The notes under the pieces: generated by a model
What the model saw: only the letters and a program-made list of their open reading frames with translations
The model's database searches: none
Told to the model about the DNA's origin: nothing
Program-made: the position numbers and the translations under genes
Shown: positions 61,851-64,000 of the stretch, in pieces
How the letters are laid out: each line of letters starts with the position of its first letter
Position numbering within the stretch: the stretch's first letter is position 1
Source: Octopus sinensis
Taxonomy: Eukaryota
Direction: 5' to 3'
Assembly: GCF_006345805.1 (NCBI RefSeq)
Contig: NC_043002.1
Location: 92,752,001 to 92,816,000, forward strand
Length of the DNA stretch: 64,000 nucleotides

Positions 61851-62595
61851 ATTAAAATAAGTACTAGTCAAGTACTGGGGGTCGATGTAATCGACTAACC
61901 TTCTCCCACAAAATTTTAGGCCTTGCGCATATAATACAAAAGAGCCATCACCATCATCATCATCATCGTCATCATCGTCATCATCATGACCATTATCATG
62001 ATTATTTTGACCATTGAGAGTCTCTCTGCAGAATTTCACAGTTAGATGCAACATCTAACTGTGAAATAGTTATTGCTGTGGTAATATCAAGAAACGCAGA
62101 TACCAACGTATCGTCATCATCATCATCATCATCATCATTATCCTTATTATCATCATTAATATGTCGTGTAACATACAGTTTATCTTTTGTTACAATCCTT
62201 ATGGCATGTTAGCATTGTGTCCGTTATTCCAATTGAAATATCTACAGAATCTTCTGTAAAGACATTGACAGCCTAGTCATTATATATATATATATCTATT
62301 ATATATATAAATTCGTACATACATACATATGTATATAGATATATTATATATATATATATATTATATATATATAAAATTCGTACATACATACATACATGTA
62401 TATATATATAGATATATATATTATATATATTATATATATATATATATTATAAATTCGTTACATACATACATACAGTATATATATATATATAATATATATT
62501 AAATTCGTACATACATACATACATACATACATACATACATACATACATACATACATACATACATACATGCATGTATATATATATATATATATATC

Positions 62596-62658
<63 letters not shown>

Positions 62659-63158
62659 TATACATATAAATATAAATATACATATACATATACATATACA
62701 TATATATGTATGTATGTGGTATGTATGGGAAAATTTGCACAAAAAATATCGAAATATCGTTAATATTGTTCTTTCAAATCATTTCTAAACCCTTGGACAA
62801 TTGTATGCCAATTCTTTCATATTATCTGTGACGTGTAAGGGAACAAATTCTTCGAAGATCTTTTGAATTATTCCATACTCGGCGGAACTATTAGGTAAAC
62901 AGAAAGTAGACATCTTCCATTATTTGGTTTGTTTTTGCTGTCATTGGTCACCTCTACCAACTTAATGATGGTCACGAGGATGGTACTGCTGATGCTGATG
63001 ATGATGATGATGATGATGATGAAGTGGAGGCAGAGGAACTTGAGGAAAAGGAGCGGGAGGAGGAGCAAGACGAGGACTATGATGATGACAATGACGACAA
63101 TAATGGCGACGCCCATGATGAAGAATGAGTATGACGACGACAACGATGATGATAATGA

Positions 63159-63190
<32 letters not shown>

Positions 63191-63344
63191 CGATATTGGC
63201 TTCAGGTTACCTCACGAGTAAAATGCAATAAATTTTGTTCGAAGGTTGCAAATAAACATGCTGCATATTGTGTGTTTGAGTTTACATACGCATATATGAA
63301 AACATACACACGTACATACATGCACCCCTCACCTTCATCATCAT

Positions 63345-63398
<54 letters not shown>

Positions 63399-63399
63399 T

Positions 63400-63431
<32 letters not shown>

Positions 63432-63495
63432 CTTCATCATCATCATCATCTTCATCATCATCATTATTATCACCACCACCATCATCATCACCACC

Positions 63496-63529
<34 letters not shown>

Positions 63530-63721
63530 TCATCACTATAATTGACTAATAATAACAAAGAAGAACCAAATAATAAAAGAAGTCTACTTTATGTTTATTT
63601 AATAGTTCTTCTGTGTATGGAATAATTCAAAACTTCTTCGAAGAATTTGCTCTTTTACATATCTCAAATACATACATACATACATACATACATACATACA
63701 TACATACATACATACTTCTAT

Positions 63722-64000
63722 GCATACTGCCTAAATACCAATCTTGAGAAATTAGGCTTCTCAAAACCAGGACGGAGAAAGCTGATTCAAAGACTACAAA
63801 TCCAAGCCATCACTGGAACTGTTAAAATCTGTAAAACTTCCCAGAAGTTTATCATTCAAGTATATATGCGCATGAGTAGACATGTAATTACATGCATGAG
63901 AATACATACGTAAAACAAAACCTACAAATCTGCATACATACATACATACATCATACATACATACATACATACATACAAAAGTACCCTGTTGATGTTGGAA
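63722..64000 (+). mobile_element. R4/Dong-like LINE 3' fragment following (CATA)n
   Basis: NTNLEKLGFSKPGRRKLIQRLQIQAITGTVKICKT matches 31610-31735. Confidence 0.7.

Overview
Eukaryotic, AT-rich, microsatellite-dense genomic DNA. The SINE families and the protamine point to an octopus or other coleoid cephalopod (inference). I can support only two host genes. One is a SERTA-domain (SERTAD4-like) coding exon at 3299-4576 (+). The other is a compact intronless Arg-rich protamine precursor gene at 15271-15615 (-), with TATA, Inr, CRE-like sites and AATAAA, whose ORF appears to hold two tandem mature protamines, each preceded by Gly-Gly. The rest is mobile DNA: three or four tRNA-derived SINE families; decayed Tx1/L1-like, RTE and R4/Dong-like LINEs; two Penelope-like elements and three minimal hammerhead ribozymes; Helitrons and a Helentron-type element; mariner and Tc1 remnants; MITEs; and tandem repeats. 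The most notable mobile-DNA pattern is a SINE that shares its 3' tail with a Tx1-like LINE, with both repeatedly found at the same 13-bp site inside that SINE's own head. All family assignments come from motif recognition by eye; no database search was run.
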